A stretch of DNA of 64,000 bases from Squalus acanthias (lineage: Eukaryota): positions 104,160,001-104,224,000 of the forward strand of contig CM059434.1 of assembly GCA_030390025.1 (NCBI GenBank), in the 5' to 3' direction. Made by a program: the position numbers and the translations under genes. Position 1 is the stretch's first letter, and each line of letters starts with the position of its first letter. The notes beneath the pieces are model-generated. The model ran no database searches and was not told the DNA's origin. It was given only the letters and a program-made list of their open reading frames with translations. Below are positions 12,606 to 24,999 of this stretch, piece after piece.

Positions 12606-13321
12606 GGCCTGGTGTTTCCGCTCGATTGCGCTGGTTTTTACGGCGCAATTCGGCCAAAATTGGCGTAACCGGCGCAAAAGATTGTGGAATTTTGTGTTCA
12701 GCACAACTCGAGTTTCCACGATCTTTTGCGCTAGTTTTAAAACATCACGCTGGAAGAAGGCCCCGTCCACAAAACTGGTCACGCCCCCAGGGTGAATTAA
12801 TCGCCATTGGGAGTTTCCGCTCATTTGCACGCCTTCGAGGAGGTTCCAAAAATGAAGCTGGAACTTTTGGACAAAAGGACAGTAAAAGGTACGTTTTAAA
12901 AGCTTTTGAATGTAATTTTTGTTTTAATTTACTAAGAAACTAACTAATGTACCCCAATATAACTAGGGAATAGTTTTATATATTTTTAAAAGTGAATTTC
13001 AGTCATTTAAAATCGGGTTACTCACAGGTGGTGGATTGACACTGTGATTTAAAAATGCTTATTTTTTGTGATAAACCCATTTTCAGCTGTTTTAATCAAA
13101 CTTCACCAAGTTACCACTCTTAAATATATGAAGGAAAATGTTTTTAAAGCAAAAGATTAGGTTTTAAATTGTTGCCCGATTGCGCTGGTTCGTGGCAGAT
13201 TTTGCGTTCGGCGATATGCAATTGAGTTTGAGCAGAAACTCGGAGGAAAAAAAACACTTTTCAAAATGGGTGCAATTTGCGCCGGAATCGCCGATTGCAC
13301 CCAAAGTGGAAAGTCTACACC
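12606..13321. mobile_element. Harbinger-type MITE
   Basis: Imperfect TIRs GGCCTGGTGTTTCCGCT / GGTGTAGACTTTCCACT; AAC on both flanks; CpG-rich ends around an AT-rich core. Confidence 0.7.
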
Positions 13322-13875
13322 AACATCTTTTATGTATTCCTTTCTTGGGGTTTACCTTTTTCTGTTGTTCTTTTGGCCCCAGTATATTTCCTGTACCAAT
13401 TTACAGTTTTTTTTCCAGATTCAGTGCATTTCCCATACAAAGTTAAACCACTTATACTACACTTTACTCAGGTTAGCTGTTCTAAATCAAACACAGTTCA
13501 CTTTCAAATTGCTTTCATGCTAGCTAAGGCAACCATTTCTCTAGGGGTCTTTTTCAGAAGGCTAGTTAGTGTAAAAGAGATTCTTGAAACCAACAGAGAG
13601 CATTCTTGGCTGGACCCACCAGCATCTGATCACTTCAAACAGCTCTCGTGGTAGCGGCTGTGACTCAGGGGAATGATCATCAGTAATAATGAACATCAAC
13701 TCCACTCATGCTGTCTTCAATCTCTAGTGCTGTTGGAGTTGCAGGAACCTTTCCCCCATTCCAATTTTCTTCATATCAAGCATTTTGTACTGCTTTGGAA
13801 GTCCTTCATCTGACCATTGTGAGCCAGACATAGGACCATCCTTTTTCCTGTCCTAGGAAAGAAGCACAATTTCAT

Positions 13876-13990
13876 TAGAAACATAGAGACTAGGAGCAGG
13901 AGTAGGCCATTCGGCCCGTTGAGCCTGCTCCACCATTCAATACGATCATGGCTGATCATCCAAATCCAGTACCCTGTCCCTGCTTTCTCA
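13876..13990 (-). mobile_element. CR1 LINE 3' tail
   Basis: aaacatag..ggagcaggagtaggccattcggccc..gagcctgctcc, the reverse complement of the tails at 24900-24999 and 42850-42930. Confidence 0.85.
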
Positions 13991-13999
13991 CACAGAATC

Positions 14000-14321
14000 C
14001 CCATCGAGCCTGCACCGACACATATCCCACCCTATCCCCGTAACCCCACGCATTTAATTCCCCCTAACATATCCCATCCTATCCCTGTAACCCCACATAT
14101 TTAATCCCCCCCTAACACTAAGGGTCAATTTATCATAGCCAAATCAACCTAACCCGCACATTTTTGGACTGTGGGTGGAAACCGGAGCACCCGGAGGAAA
14201 CCCACGCAGACACGGGGAGAACGTGCAAACTCCACACAGACAGTTACCCGAGGCCAGATTCGAACCCAGGTCCCTGGCGCTGTGAGGCACCAGTGCTAAC
14301 CACTATGCTACCGTGTTACCC
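14000..14321 (-). mobile_element. V-SINE (HE1-like)
   Basis: V-domain ggaaaccggagcacccggaggaaacccacgcagacacggggagaacgtgcaaactccacac; tRNA-like head; ~48-bp tandem duplication at ~14020-14115. Confidence 0.85.
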
Positions 14322-14689
14322 TTGGATTATAGCTCTTCTTGGATTGCTTAGGGTAATATCACAGTCAACTCTTATGGGAACTAGCACATCTTACAAGATA
14401 TTTTGATGTGCTGGGTGGTTGTGAGTCCCTATTTTTACTATCTCACTCTGTTTTGCTCGTTTGATCAGTCTTCCTTTGAACTTTACCCACTTCTGGCCCT
14501 GTTTACTTCATTCATGCTTTCCTTCCTCATGCAATACGCAACCTTTTAACACCATCTAATGACTACTGCTTGATTTAATATATCCTCTTTTTAACTTTAG
14601 TGTCGTCTTGCACTGTGGATCTTAGTTAACTTAGTTCTGCATTCAGTCTAACTTATTTAGCACACTTGCATATCCATTAGCCATTCCTT

Positions 14690-14990
14690 TCAGTGTTTCA
14701 GAAACCTGCATCATGTTTTCTATCAATCATTTCTCCAATGAAAGTAACTTAAATCTGGAATCATCCTTGTAGATTTTCTCTAAATCCTCACCATACGCCA
14801 TTGTCCTTTTAAAGGTGGAGTGCCAAAACTGTGCAAAACATACCAAATGTGGCTTCAACGATCCATACAAAATTAGAATAACTTGTTCCAATATATGGTC
14901 AAGAACCCTTGAAATGTATCCTGGTATTTGCTTAGCCTTGTTGCTAAAAGTTTCACTATACTTTAAATGAATGATCAAAACTCATACCCA
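14690..14990 (-). mobile_element. Degenerate CR1 ORF2 fragment
   Basis: KAKQIPGYISR...VILILYGSLKPHLVCFAQFW resembles CR1 KAN.MLG.I.R...LY..LVRPHLEYC.QFW. Confidence 0.75.
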
Positions 14991-15127
14991 AACAGGAAAC
15001 TCTATTATGCTAGGCGGGGTGGGGGCGGGGTGTGTGGAGGGGGATGGGTGGAATCATTGTGTGTTATATCCCTACTAGAGTAAATTTCTCACAGCATAAT
15101 CTGAGGGAACATGGTATATATCCTATT

Positions 15128-15580
15128 ATGTGGCTCAGTTGGTAGCACACTTGCCTCTGAGTTAGAAGGCTGTGGGTTCAAGTCCCACTCCAGGGACTTG
15201 AGTACATAAAGCTAGGCTGACACTCCAGTGCAGTGCTGAGGGAGTGCTGCACTGTTGGAGGTGCCATCTTTCAGATGAGATATTAAACCGAGGCCCCGTC
15301 TGCTCTCTCAGGTGGATGTAAAAGATCCCATGGCACTATTTCGAAGAAGAACAGGGGAGTTATCTCTGGTGTCCTGGCCAATATTTATCCCTCAACCAAC
15401 ATAACAAAAACAGATTATCTGGTCATTCTTACATTGCTGTTTGTGGGAGCTTGCTGTGTGCAAATTGGCTGCCGCGTTTCCCACATTACAACAGTGACTC
15501 TACTTCATTGGCTGTAAAGCGCTTTGAGATGTCCGGTGGTCGTGAAAGACGCTATATAAATGCAAGTGTTTCTTTCTTTA
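15128..15580 (+). mobile_element. DeuSINE (SacSINE1-like), well preserved
   Basis: A/B boxes, Deu domain and tail cgctatataaatgcaagt. Confidence 0.92.
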
Positions 15581-15686
15581 TTAGACCAGTTTGGAACTCA
15601 CTCCACTAGTAGGCTGTGTATAAGGTAATTATCAGTGCAGTCTGACATCAGGTAGAGCATTCAATTTTGCTGCAGGCCCACACAAT

Positions 15687-15837
15687 GGGGGTAATTATTA
15701 TCTGCACCACTTGGGTGGTAAACTGGCAGAGCCAGTCCCAAAAGAAATAAAAACTGGGGCGGGTTATGTAATGGGCGTTCGATGCACTTCACCAGTTTAA
15801 TGCCCAAGCGGTGACGGTGACGGTGAAAATGACTCCC
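15687..15837. mobile_element. Short Harbinger-type MITE (151 bp)
   Basis: AAT on both flanks; imperfect TIRs GGGGGTAATTATT / GGGAGTCATTTTC. Confidence 0.6.
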
Positions 15838-16249
15838 AATAGGTTCATAAAGCCCAACGGACTACAGGACCCCAAATAAGCGTGTAAAGTTACCTCACCT
15901 CATTTAACTTCCTAATGCCGTTAGCTACTCCCTAACTGAGTGAGCAGCCAGGTGACCTAATCTCACGCCACTGCATGCCAATGTTTTCCTTTACTTCTCA
16001 GTTTTCTGAAAGAGCAAAATATACCCAATCAATATATTTTTTTAATAATCAAATTGTGTTAAACGTAAACAAGATTATTTGAATATTTATTTTCTAATGG
16101 GCAACGTAACACAGTGACAGTGAAGAATCACAAACATAAAGATAAAGATCTCATTACTGGGGTACCAATAAATTATTATACATCAGCTTCCAGGACCACA
16201 CGAGATACACAGGACCATTATCCATGTGAAGCAACTTTCCTGCTATTAG

Positions 16250-16640
16250 TGCCAGCTTGACTATGTTGGTAGGCACTTGCCTCTAAATGAGAGGGGCCAC
16301 TCCAGCACATAATCTAGGCTGACACTGCAGTGCAGAACGAAGGAAATGCTGTATTCTTAGAGTTGTTGTCCTATCGATCGAAAATTAAATTAAGGTACTG
16401 TTTGCCTGATTAAATGGTTCAGGTATATCCTAAAAGTCAAAGAAGAGTAGCGAGTTCTCTCGGTTTCCTCACCAAAGGTCCTCCCTCAGCCAAAATCACC
16501 AAAAATAGATGAGTCATTCATCTCCTTGTTGTGCATGGGATCTTGCTGTGTGCAAAATAGCTGCCGTATTTGCCTATATAATAATAATTCCTGCACTTCA
16601 GAGTAGTTCATTGCGTGTGAAGTGCTTTGAAATGTTTGAG
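16250..16640 (+). mobile_element. DeuSINE, strongly diverged
   Basis: aatctaggctgacact..gtgcag and cttgctgtgtgcaaaatagctgcc landmarks. Confidence 0.8.
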
Positions 16641-17809
16641 AGATATAAGGTATTTCTTGGGGGGAAAAAATCAAATTGACAATTAAAATCAATAACAGAA
16701 TAAAGAATCCCATTGTTTTGCATTCTTATTTTTTGGCTTTATGGTGGGAGTGCAAAGTGACTTTGTCTTGGAGTTAAGAGGCAGTAATAAGCATTGGGCT
16801 GGTCTGCAAGGGGAGAGGCACCTTCTGGAGAAATGCACAAGCTTGCTCTGATCTGTTTGTGCAGGTCAAGGTTCACTGAAATTGAAAAGAAGCAGTCACA
16901 CTATTGTATTTGTACCTTTACTTTTCAGTCTCTGTGTTCTCATAAATCATTAAAACAACTCTGTTTATATACATCAGTGAATACCCAAAACCACTTGTCA
17001 GGCACGTTAGAGGCTCTTCTCACTTTAAAAGAGCTTTGATCTGCTATGCTGACAACTCAGTCAAACCCACATTATGTGAAAACCAAAATGTTTCTTTTTA
17101 TTATCACAATGCATCAGTTCATGTCTGGGTGAAGTGTCACTAGAATGTGTCTCAAAGGCCCTTTGATGTGAATTTAACTAATATCCTCACTTCCCATATT
17201 CAGTGGTTTTAATTTAAAGAAGTTAAGTATGCAATTAAAAATATGAGAGTACATTTCTGTCTCAGAGTGTCCAAAATGGATGACTATGATGAAAGACAAC
17301 AGTAAAACAACAGCTTGATGAACCGGGCATGATAGTCTGACTACTTATCAAAGCCACGTTTGGTTGGATTAATAAAAGGGATACTTTTACTGGGATACTA
17401 ATAAAAGGGATACTGATAGATAGCATGTTTGATCAGTAAGGAAGATTTTATAATCCATGAATGATGTCAGCTATCAATTTCCAGGTCACAGCGCCAGAGC
17501 CATTGCTCCCCTCACTGTTGCTATTTGAAATGCTTCACCCAAGCAGGTATTCATGGTATAAAATGATCCAGATCATATCTACTGTGCTGACTCCAGCCCC
17601 TGTCCCTGCTAGTAATCCTGTTCTGTGACATGGCCGACTTACCCCTTGGTACCTCAGTACAATTTCTCCAAATCTTTTTGTTCTCCCATCAATCAGCAAG
17701 GTCAATTGTTTGCGGCATCTGTCCTTGTTACAGTTGTCTTTAGATATAGCCTGTTGTTATATCACCTAATGCTCCTGTATATATGTCAAAAAACAGAGGT
17801 CAACTGTTT

Positions 17810-18160
17810 ACAGATAGACCTGTCAAAAGTATGAATGGAGATCACCCCAAAAACACATCAAAACATTAAGTACATTTTTTTTTAAACCATCACCTTTTTA
17901 AAATGAGTTAACATTACAATAAATTAAATTTTTTAAACAAAATTTTAATTTTTTGAAAAAATAATGAAAGTTTTTTACGGGGCTAAAAATAAACTTACCT
18001 TTTTTAAAAGTATTTTTAAATTATAAATGAGTGAAAAAAAAGTATTTTTTTACTTTTTTAAACTCTTATTCGTAAGATTTTTAAGTGTTTTCAGCGGGCA
18101 GGGGTTCTGCAGAAAGCGGAACTCTCCACCCGCAAAGGCCCTTCTCTCGGACGCCTGTCA
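17810..18160. mobile_element. Internal fragment of the MITE family seen at 22075-22816, in opposite orientation
   Basis: Reverse-complement similarity to ~22210-22575 (gaatggagatcacccc, aaacttaccttttttaaaagtattttt). Confidence 0.75.
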
Positions 18161-18637
18161 TGAGAATTTAGAAATGGATGGGTTAATCTAGGGCAAACAA
18201 CGCAGATTTTTCAACAAATTTATTAGAATTGTTTTGAACAAGTGACCAAATGGATAGATAAAGGGAATGTACTAGATAAAGTGGGGGAAAAATTTGGTAT
18301 CGACCATTTTGGGGCGCAACATTGCCTGGGCGCTAACTTTAGCACCCGGCGCTAATTAACGCCGGCGAACACAAAATTGAGTTTTAGCGCCCCAAGAGGG
18401 AAGTGAAGCGCTAAATCAAGCGCTACACACTTCTCTTAGGGCGCTAACATCGGAGAGCGGGGTGCTACCTTCAGAGTACTAATCAAGTTCCGGCACTGTC
18501 AATTAGAGAGTCCTCAGACAGACTGGCGCCTTCCAGTTCTTAAAGGGGAGGTTCAATCATGCTGCACAGCCTCACTCTGATCATTGCAGCTTGTGAACTG
18601 GGCCTGCAAGCAGCTGCAAGCCTTCACCTAAGAAGTC

Positions 18638-20400
18638 ATGGCTGATCAGAGGCCCAGAGAGAGAGAGAGCCGGTTCAGCGACCACGCCTTGGCGGCTCTG
18701 GTCGCGGCCGTGGAACGCCGCTGGGCAATGCTCTTCCCGGACACTGGCAGGAGGCCATTGCCACAGGCCTTCAGGAGGATGAGGAGGGAGGTCGCCCAGC
18801 ACGTGTCGGCCAGAAGTGTGGTCCATAGAACTCCCACCCAGTGCTGGAAAAAATTCAACGACCTCCCTCAGGTGGTCAGGTGAGTAGATGCTTCAAAAAC
18901 CTCTACATGCCACCATCTCAAACTCACTCTGTGCACACACTGTATAAACTGCCACATCCCCAACACTCACCCATCAATAATGCCCACCTACTAAAAGTGA
19001 CATACACATCTCACGCCTTACATACATTAACAGCTATTCAACTATGGTAGGCACATCTGCCAAACATACAGCTGCACACTCACTGACATGCTTTCCTTTT
19101 TCTTGGAGGCCAAGCTTGCTCACAACAGGAGGGAGCAGCTACGAATGGGAGGAGGTGATGTGGACCTGCACCCACTTACAGACCTGGAGGAGCGAGTGGG
19201 GTGCATCATTGCTGCCCAGGTCATGAGTGCTGTGGCCGTTGGAGATGTCGACCCCCTTGGGGATAACAATGGTATGTTCATCAGCTCTCCCTCTTCTCTC
19301 ATACCACTTCCCCCTCTCACCACAAGCCTTTCCCACATTCCATCTAAGTATACTGTCTTCATTCATTGCTCCCTTCCTGGCCCCCTCCCCTGACGTTAAA
19401 CCCACTCTTGTGCCTTTATGCTTTCAGATAATCAGCCACCAGCTGACCAGCCTGTCCCTCAACCTCCCAGTGGCAGCAACGTAGGAGAGGAGGAGGAAGA
19501 ACAAGCCAGAGCCTCACTGCCTGTGTCTCCCGAAGGCGCTAGGTCCGATAATGGGGCAACGCGGTCGCTGGAGGGGAGCCTAGAAGATGGGTCTGATGTG
19601 AATGAAGCTCTGGGACCCAGTGGGCTGCAGCAACGCCATGGTGGAAGGGAAGCTCGGGGGCAGCTACCCGGAGGGTGAGTTTGCAGCGCGAGTTCTGCTG
19701 CACAGGTCTCCAATGAGGACCTCAATGTGTTGGCGTTGACCAGACCGGCGATGGGCATGCATACCAATCTCATGCGTGCAATGGCAAGGGTGCCCGAAAG
19801 CATGGATGCAGTGACTAGGACATTGGAGGAGTCCACCTCCAGCATTGTACTCATCTCTGCGCAAACCATCAAGCCTATCCTTGGCAGTTTGCAAAGGATG
19901 GTTGACTCACAGAGAGACCGTGGGGACCCAGACCTCATGCCGCGTGTCATGGGTGAGGTGGCAGCAGGTTTGCAGCAAAGGCCGAAGCAATGCAATGGAT
20001 TAGTGCTGTAATGGAGTCAGTGGTTGCTGGCATCCAGTCTCAGACTGCTCTCATGCAGTCTCAGATTGATGCCACGCAAGCGCTGACTGCTGCCATTGTT
20101 GCTGGGTCGCACATAGTCCACCGGGGATCTCACGGTGCCGCAGCAGGCCAGCAATCTGTGCTCCAGCAGATTGCTCCGGATGCTGAGGTTCTGCCCCGGG
20201 GGAGTGGGAGTGGGTCAGTGGAGCAGGAGCCTGCTGTCCTCTCTCAGGATGACAGCATTCCTGCTCCCACCACTGCCACTCCGCCATTGAACTTGCCACA
20301 GCCTGTAACCCAGCCATCCCAGACTGCTGCCACCCATGCTGAGTTGGTGCAGTCTGCAGCCGGGCCCTCCAGGCCCAGAGCTGGTTGAGGGCGTCCTGCA
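18638..20400 (+). pseudogene. Harbinger Myb/SANT-like DNA-binding protein gene; three exons (18638-18879, 19109-19271, 19428-~20400), frameshifted
   Basis: RFSDHALAALV..VE.R...LFP...VA.HVS......RT..QC.KKFNDL. Splice sites AG|gtgagt, gag|GCC, G|gtatgt and tttcag|AT. Exon 2/3 phases match; exon 1/2 is off by 1 nt; exon 3 has stops and frameshifts. Confidence 0.82.
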
Positions 20401-20827
20401 AGGCCATCTGCAGTCTCTGGCTCCCAGACTCAGCAGCCTTCCACCAGCCTTGCTGCAGCCACTGGGGCCACATTACGGAGGAGCAGTAGGGTTGGGAGGG
20501 GGAAACTCCAAAGGGGAGGGAAATCATTGAGGAAGAGGGAGTAAAGAATACTTTAGTAACAAATGGAGGTATTTTGTGTTAATAAATTGATGTGTTTGTA
20601 AATATATTGTTGTGTTTGTGAACAAATAGTTCAGTTTGATAAGAAAGAGTTGTATTTGTTGATGAATGGTTGTGAATAGTTGTGTTTCATAAGAGAGAGT
20701 TGTGTTCGATAATAAATTGTTAATTTGACGTTGCACATTTTGTGATGTTTCTCATTTGACCTTTGCCCGGTGATAGGGGCTGCCAGCTGGATGTAATGAT
20801 GAGGTTGTGCTGCTCAAACGCCATATG

Positions 20828-21770
20828 CTATATCATTGATTGGAAGTGCTGTCTAATGAGGCGCTCACGCACGGCCCTTGCAGAAGCAACATTGAGTGTC
20901 TCCCTTCTCCGTTGCTGTTGCTCCTCCTCCTCTTCATCCTCCTCCTCCACCTCCTCCGCCTCCTCTCCCTCTTCCTCCTCCTGAGGTGGACCTCCAATCC
21001 CTGGTGGCAATGGCTGGGCCCTCAGAATGGCCAGGTTGTGCAACATAAAAAAGGAGACTCGATCAGGAGAGTACTGCAGGGCTCCTCCAGAGCGGTCAAG
21101 GCCGCAGAACCGTTGCTTTAGCACCCCGATAGTGTGTTCGATCAGGTTCCTGGTGGTGCTATGGCTGTCATTGTATGGGTGCTGAGCAGGAGTGTTGGGG
21201 TTGCGGAGGGGTGTCATCAGCCAGGTGGTGAGTGGATAACCTTTGTCTCCGAGCAGCCAGCCGCGAGCCTCATGTGGTGGGTGGAACAGTGCTGGGACAC
21301 GGGTCTTTCGCAGGATGAATGCATCGTGGCTGTTGCCAGGATAGCGGGCATTGACAGCGAGGATGCGCTGTCTGTGGTCGCACACCAACTGAACGTTCAG
21401 AGAGTGGTAGCCTTTGCGGTTGTGGAACACCTCTGCATTGTGATGAGGTGCCCGCAATGCCACGTGGGTGCAGTCAATGGTGCCCTGAACCATGGGGAAG
21501 CCCGCTATCCTTGCAAAGCCACATGAGCATTCATGCTGTTTGTCTCTGGTCATGGGGAATGAGATATATTCCTTCTCCTTCTGTAGAGAGCGTCTGTTAC
21601 TTCCCGGATGCAGCAATGGATGGTGAACTGCGAAATGTTGGCAATATCCCCTGTTGAAGCCTGGAAGGAGCTGTTGGCGTAGAAATTGAGAGTGACTGTG
21701 ACCTTAACTGCCACTTAGAGAGATGTCCTGGTCCTGAGCTGAGGCTGGAGCTCTGGCTGCCAGGTGGTAA
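20828..21770 (-). pseudogene. Harbinger (HARBI1-like) DDE transposase, N-terminus deleted/frameshifted
   Basis: ORF 20828-21616 has GFP.VQGTIDCTH, NRKGYHSLNVQLVCD, YPG.SHDAFIL, GWLLGDKGYPL..WLMTP, R.LIE.TIG.LK.RF and LHN; the D-D-E triad is intact. Confidence 0.93.
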
Positions 21771-22074
21771 GGTAGTAAGTCAGGGGAAGCAAATGAATTT
21801 CACATCCGGGGCGCTAATGGGGCGTTGCACACTCATTGCCGACTGAATTTTGCGGGCAGCGTTGGAATTGCCGCACCTAGGCGATAAGCCCTTAGTGCCC
21901 CATTAGTGCCCCGCCCGGGCGCTAACAGGAGGCGCTAAGGTACCGAATTTCTAGCCCAGTATATGTAGATCTTCAGAAAGCATTTGATGAGGCTTGGTAG
22001 AAAAATTCAGGTGTATGGAATAAGAGGCAATTTAGAAGCATAGATACAAAGTTGGTTCGTGGACAGCAAACAAT

Positions 22075-22816
22075 GGGCCGTATATTCCGATCCCTACAGG
22101 TGTGTACGCGCTATAGGGACATCGGAAATGCTGGTTTCAGGCATGCACAGCACATGCGCTGAAAACCGGCATTTCTGATCTGTCAAGAATGCTCTTGATA
22201 GATCAGACACCTACCCAAGAGAAGGGCCTCTGCGGGCGGATAGTTCCGCTTTCTGGAGAACCTCCGCCCGCAGAAAACCCTTAGAAATCTTACGCCTGGT
22301 AAAAGCATGCGTAAGGCCTGCTTTTACCAGCATAAGATTTGAAAAAAGTTTTTAAAAAAATTCACTCATTTATCATTTAAAAATACTTTTAAAAAAGGTA
22401 AGTTTATTTTTAGCCCTGTAAAAAACTTTAATTATTTTTTTCAAAAAATTTAATTTTTGTTTAAAATATTTAATTTATTGTAATTTCAACTCATTTTAAA
22501 AATATGATTTTTTTTTTAATATATTTAAAGTTTTACAGTGTTTTGGGGTGATCTCCATTCATATATTTGACAGATCTATCTGTCAAGTGTATGAAGGGAG
22601 ATTCCCTTCTCCTATTGGCTCCCCATGGCCCATGTGATCCCAGGGACGCTTGCAAACCGCATGGGCCTCTGGGATACGTGGGCCCTGCACATTTCAAGTT
22701 GGAGAGGCCCAGGAGTGGAAGTATACGCACCTCGGGAGCCCTCAGGTAAGTCCACAGATTTTTTCCAGATCGGAGGCCTCCGCACGCAGGAAGCCTCCAA
22801 TCGGAAAATATGGCCC
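22075..22816. mobile_element. Harbinger-type MITE (742 bp)
   Basis: TIRs GGGCCGTATATTCCGAT / GGGCCATATTTTCCGAT; AAT TSD at 22072-22074 and 22817-22819. Confidence 0.9.
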
Positions 22817-23804
22817 AATGAGTTTGTATAAATGAGTATTGTTCAGACTGAGAATGTTGGAAATAATGTATCCCAAAGGTCAGTGCTGGGTTTACTTTTG
22901 TTCTTGGTATGCATGGATGATCTGGACTTGGGCACTGGGAGCATGATTTTGCAATTTTCTGATGACGCAAAAGTAGGAGGTTTGACAAATAGTGAGGATG
23001 ATTGTAAAAGATGTCAAGAAGAGATAGACAGGTTAGCAGAATGGGCAGGCTGTGGATAAATGTGAGGTAATAATTTTGGAAGAAAGAAACAGGAATGGGA
23101 GCATGCACTCAAAGGGAAGACGCTGAAAGATAAAGATGAACAGAGGGAGCTAGGGCTTGAAATACATAGCCATAAAAGACCAATAAAGTTTTTGGATTTT
23201 ATAAATAGGGACATAGAGTATAAGAGTAAAGATGTAATGATGAATTTATACAAAAGATTGGTTAGGCCACAGTTAGAGTATTGTGTGCTGTTTTTGGGCA
23301 CCCCAAGGACACCAAAATAATAGCATAGATTCATTGGGATGATGCTAGGAAGGGAAGACTATAGTTATTAGAAGAGACTTTAGATACTAGGAGTATTTTC
23401 ACTGAAGAAGAGAAGGTTAAGAGGAGATTTAGCAGATGTTTTGAAATTTTGAGGAATTTTGATAGCATGAATATGGAAAGACTACTGCAGCAATTTAAAA
23501 TCATCAATAGAGTGAGGAGAGAGATTAGAAGAAATGTCTTTACATAGGGTTGTTGGACCATGGTACTTTTTGCAACAAGGAATGGTTGAGGCAGAAACCA
23601 TTGCATCTGATGATTTTTTTCCTACATATCCCTCAGACATTATCCTCCACTATCGCTGCCATTGTTGTCATCAGATAGCTCAAGAGTAATACCGAGATGC
23701 GACATACAGTAACATTTTCTCAAACCTTCCTGGAACTGTATTCTGATCTGAGTCTTGTGAATCTCATTTTAAATAGCAAATGTGCCAGCTAGTCCTATCT
23801 GAGG

Positions 23805-24250
23805 TTTCAACCTTGGCTCAGTAGTAACTGTCTTGCCTGAGTCAGAAGGTAGTGGGTTCAAGCCTCACTCCAGAGACTTGAGACTTAATCTAGTTGGACA
23901 CTTCAGTGCAGTACTGACAGAGTGGGAGGCACTGTCTTTTGGACGAGACGTTAAACCGAGGACCCATTTGCCCTCTCATGTAGATGTAAAGGATCCCATG
24001 GCACTATTCAAAGAAGAACAGGGGAGTTCTCCCACTGTTTTGGCTAACATTTATCCTTCAACCAACGCCACTAAAAACAGATCATCTAGTCATTTATCTA
24101 ATTGATGTTAATGGGACCTTGCTGCGTGCAAATTGGCTGCCGCGTTTCCTACATTAGTGACTAGAATTCAAAACTACTGCATTGGCTGTGTACTTTGGGA
24201 CATCCTGACGGCATGAAAGGTCCTCTTTAAATACGAGTTATTTTTTTCTT
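23805..24250 (+). mobile_element. DeuSINE (SacSINE1-like)
   Basis: Same head, Deu domain and tail as the other copies. Confidence 0.87.
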
Positions 24251-24324
24251 TCCAACTTGAAAAAAACACAAACAAGAATAAAAAGAAATTCATCCTTTTC
24301 AGGCCACTCTTTCTAATAATGGAA

Positions 24325-24522
24325 ATAAAACAGTGAATGCTAGAAAGCTGAAATAAAAATAGGAAATGTTGAAAATTGACAACAAATCTATCAGCAGCTG
24401 AAAAGAGAAAACATAGAGTAATGTTTCAGCTGACAAACGATCTCCCTGAAACATTTACTCAGCTTTTATCTCTTCGGGTGCTGTCGGGCTTGCTGTGTAT
24501 TTCCGGCATTTTCTATTTTGAT
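24325..24522. mobile_element. Degenerate inverted pair of Penelope family-A terminal repeats
   Basis: Right half (cctgaaacatttactc...ttgctgtgtatttccggcattttctatttt) resembles 36015-36095; left half is its approximate reverse complement. Confidence 0.55.
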
Positions 24523-24767
24523 TCCTTGCAGCAAGTTATGTACAACTTGCACAGTAAGGGACACTCACCAGTTAATGGTCGTGCAAACCTCATTTTTGGG
24601 GGATTTGGCACTTGTCATCAGCCACACCTACAGTTCATGGCTCCAATCAACTGCCAAAGCCAAAATTGTAGTAATTTTAAAAAACCTAGACGTAGAACAC
24701 AGAATCAAGAGTTAGGTTGGTGCCTTACCTAATAGTTATTTACCAGTTAATTCTCCTTTAGAAACTT

Positions 24768-24999
24768 TGTGAATCTTTGGAATTCTCTTCCCCAGAGAGC
24801 TGTGGAGGCTGGGTCATTGAATATATTTAAGGTGGAGATAGACAGATTTTTGAATGATAAGGGAGTCAAGGGTTATGGGGAGTGGGCAGGGAAGTGGAGT
24901 TGAGGCCAAGATCAGATCAACCATGATCTTATTGAATGCAGGCTCGAGGGGCCAAATGACCTACTCCTGCTCCTACGTCTTATGTTCTTATGTTCTTAT
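24768..24999 (+). mobile_element. CR1 LINE 3' end
   Basis: VNLWNSLPQRAVEA.SL..FK.EIDRFL, 3'UTR and (tcttatgt)n tail. Confidence 0.92.

Larger units (their letters stand above)
18283..21957. mobile_element. PIF/Harbinger DNA transposon, two convergent genes, near-complete but mutated (3675 bp)
   Basis: TIRs GGGGGAAAAATTTGGT / GGGCTAGAAATTCGGT; exact 3-bp TSD AGT at 18280-18282 and 21958-21960; Myb/SANT gene on +, transposase on -. Confidence 0.93.
18165..23610 (+). mobile_element. Degenerate CR1 ORF2, split by two DNA-transposon insertions (pieces 18165-18282, 21958-22074, 22817-23610)
   Basis: Removing the inserts restores IDKGNVLD.VYVDLQKAFD, followed by VSQRSVLGLLLF...QFSDDAK and LYK.LVRPQLEYC. 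Confidence 0.85.

Noticed and set aside
15012-15052. G-rich tract able to form a G-quadruplex
   Set aside because: Short low-complexity run with no supporting context.
20828-21616. Domesticated host gene HARBI1 (and NAIF1/MSANTD for the Myb ORF)
   Set aside because: TIRs, a TSD, N-terminal loss and frameshifts show a transposon copy, not a host gene.
17810-22580. Inverted MITE-family segments flanking the Harbinger, suggesting a composite transposon
   Set aside because: The Harbinger and the right MITE each have their own TSD inside a continuous CR1 frame, so they are independent insertions.
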